The translations under genes and the position numbers were made by a program. This document shows, piece by piece, positions 63,426-64,000 of a DNA stretch of 64,000 nt; position 1 is the stretch's first letter, and each line of letters begins with the position of its first letter. The stretch covers positions 31,126,001-31,190,000 of the forward strand of contig NC_058383.1 of assembly GCF_018350175.1 (NCBI RefSeq), read 5' to 3'. Below the pieces are notes generated by a model, which saw only the letters and a list, made by a program, of their open reading frames with translations, made no database searches and was not told where the DNA came from. The DNA comes from Felis catus (Eukaryota).

Positions 63426-64000
63426 GGCAGGAACTGTTTAAAACCGCCGCCCCTCACAGAAGAACTCAGATGCGCGTGGCAGCCCCCCGGGCCCTCACCA
63501 CCCAGGCTGGTCAATTCCTACCATTCTTATTTTCGTCCTCCTTCGCTGCCAAGTATTTTTCCAACAAGAAACCACTTCGGACACAGTTCAGAAATGGATT
63601 CTGGAGAAGACGACAGGCAGTGGAGACGGAAGGGGCAGGAGGCCGCCGCTCACCCAAGGGGATTCCGCAGGCAGGGGCAGGCGCTTTACTTCACCATCGT
63701 ACCTGGAGCCCGGGCTCTTCCCCTTCAGCGTTACGGGCTCAAGCGTTTCATAAAGGAAGGAAGGCCCGGTGAGAAACACCGAGTAGAAACCAGGCCAGTG
63801 GCTGGTTTTAAGGTGACAAGGAGGATACAGGTGTTAATTGGATGGCACCGGATAAATGCGAAGCTACGGAAAGCAGGGCCTATCTGCTCGTCAGTGCACG
63901 ACAGTTGGGTCAGCAGGTGCCCAGAAGGAGGTGAACGTTCCACAGAGGAACTCGCCTGGCCCCACGGGTCACTTCGTCCTGCTGCTGGGACGGTGGGATT

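Overview
Mammalian genomic DNA from a felid: it carries many CanSINEs of the feline SINEC_Fc type and carnivore L1 3' ends. The window lies inside a large gene on the minus strand that I identify from recalled protein sequence as SNX29 (sorting nexin 29). Only two coding exons are visible, 51078-51141 (64 nt) and 48880-49008 (129 nt). They have canonical AG/GT ends, splice in frame, and encode the coiled-coil segment ...ELRQAIVAMMTRKDELEEENRSLRNLLDGEMEHSAALRQEVDALKKKVAEQEERHVTKVQALAR. The rest is intron, filled with about 21 CanSINEs or fragments, four carnivore L1 fragments, older L1M/L2/MIR/MaLR/hAT relics and microsatellites. Nearly all other ORFs in the track are spurious or L1/SINE-derived. 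I see no evidence of a new multi-gene system. The most unusual items are a tailless (head-only) SINE between 19-bp direct repeats, a triple-nested SINE, an internally deleted L1, a strong antisense orientation bias of retroelements, and a splicing context around the two exons (GTAG donors that read straight into stop codons, G-runs, a nearby sense-SINE poly(A) signal, and flanking inverted SINEs). All repeat subfamily names come from memory of consensus sequences, not from a database search.
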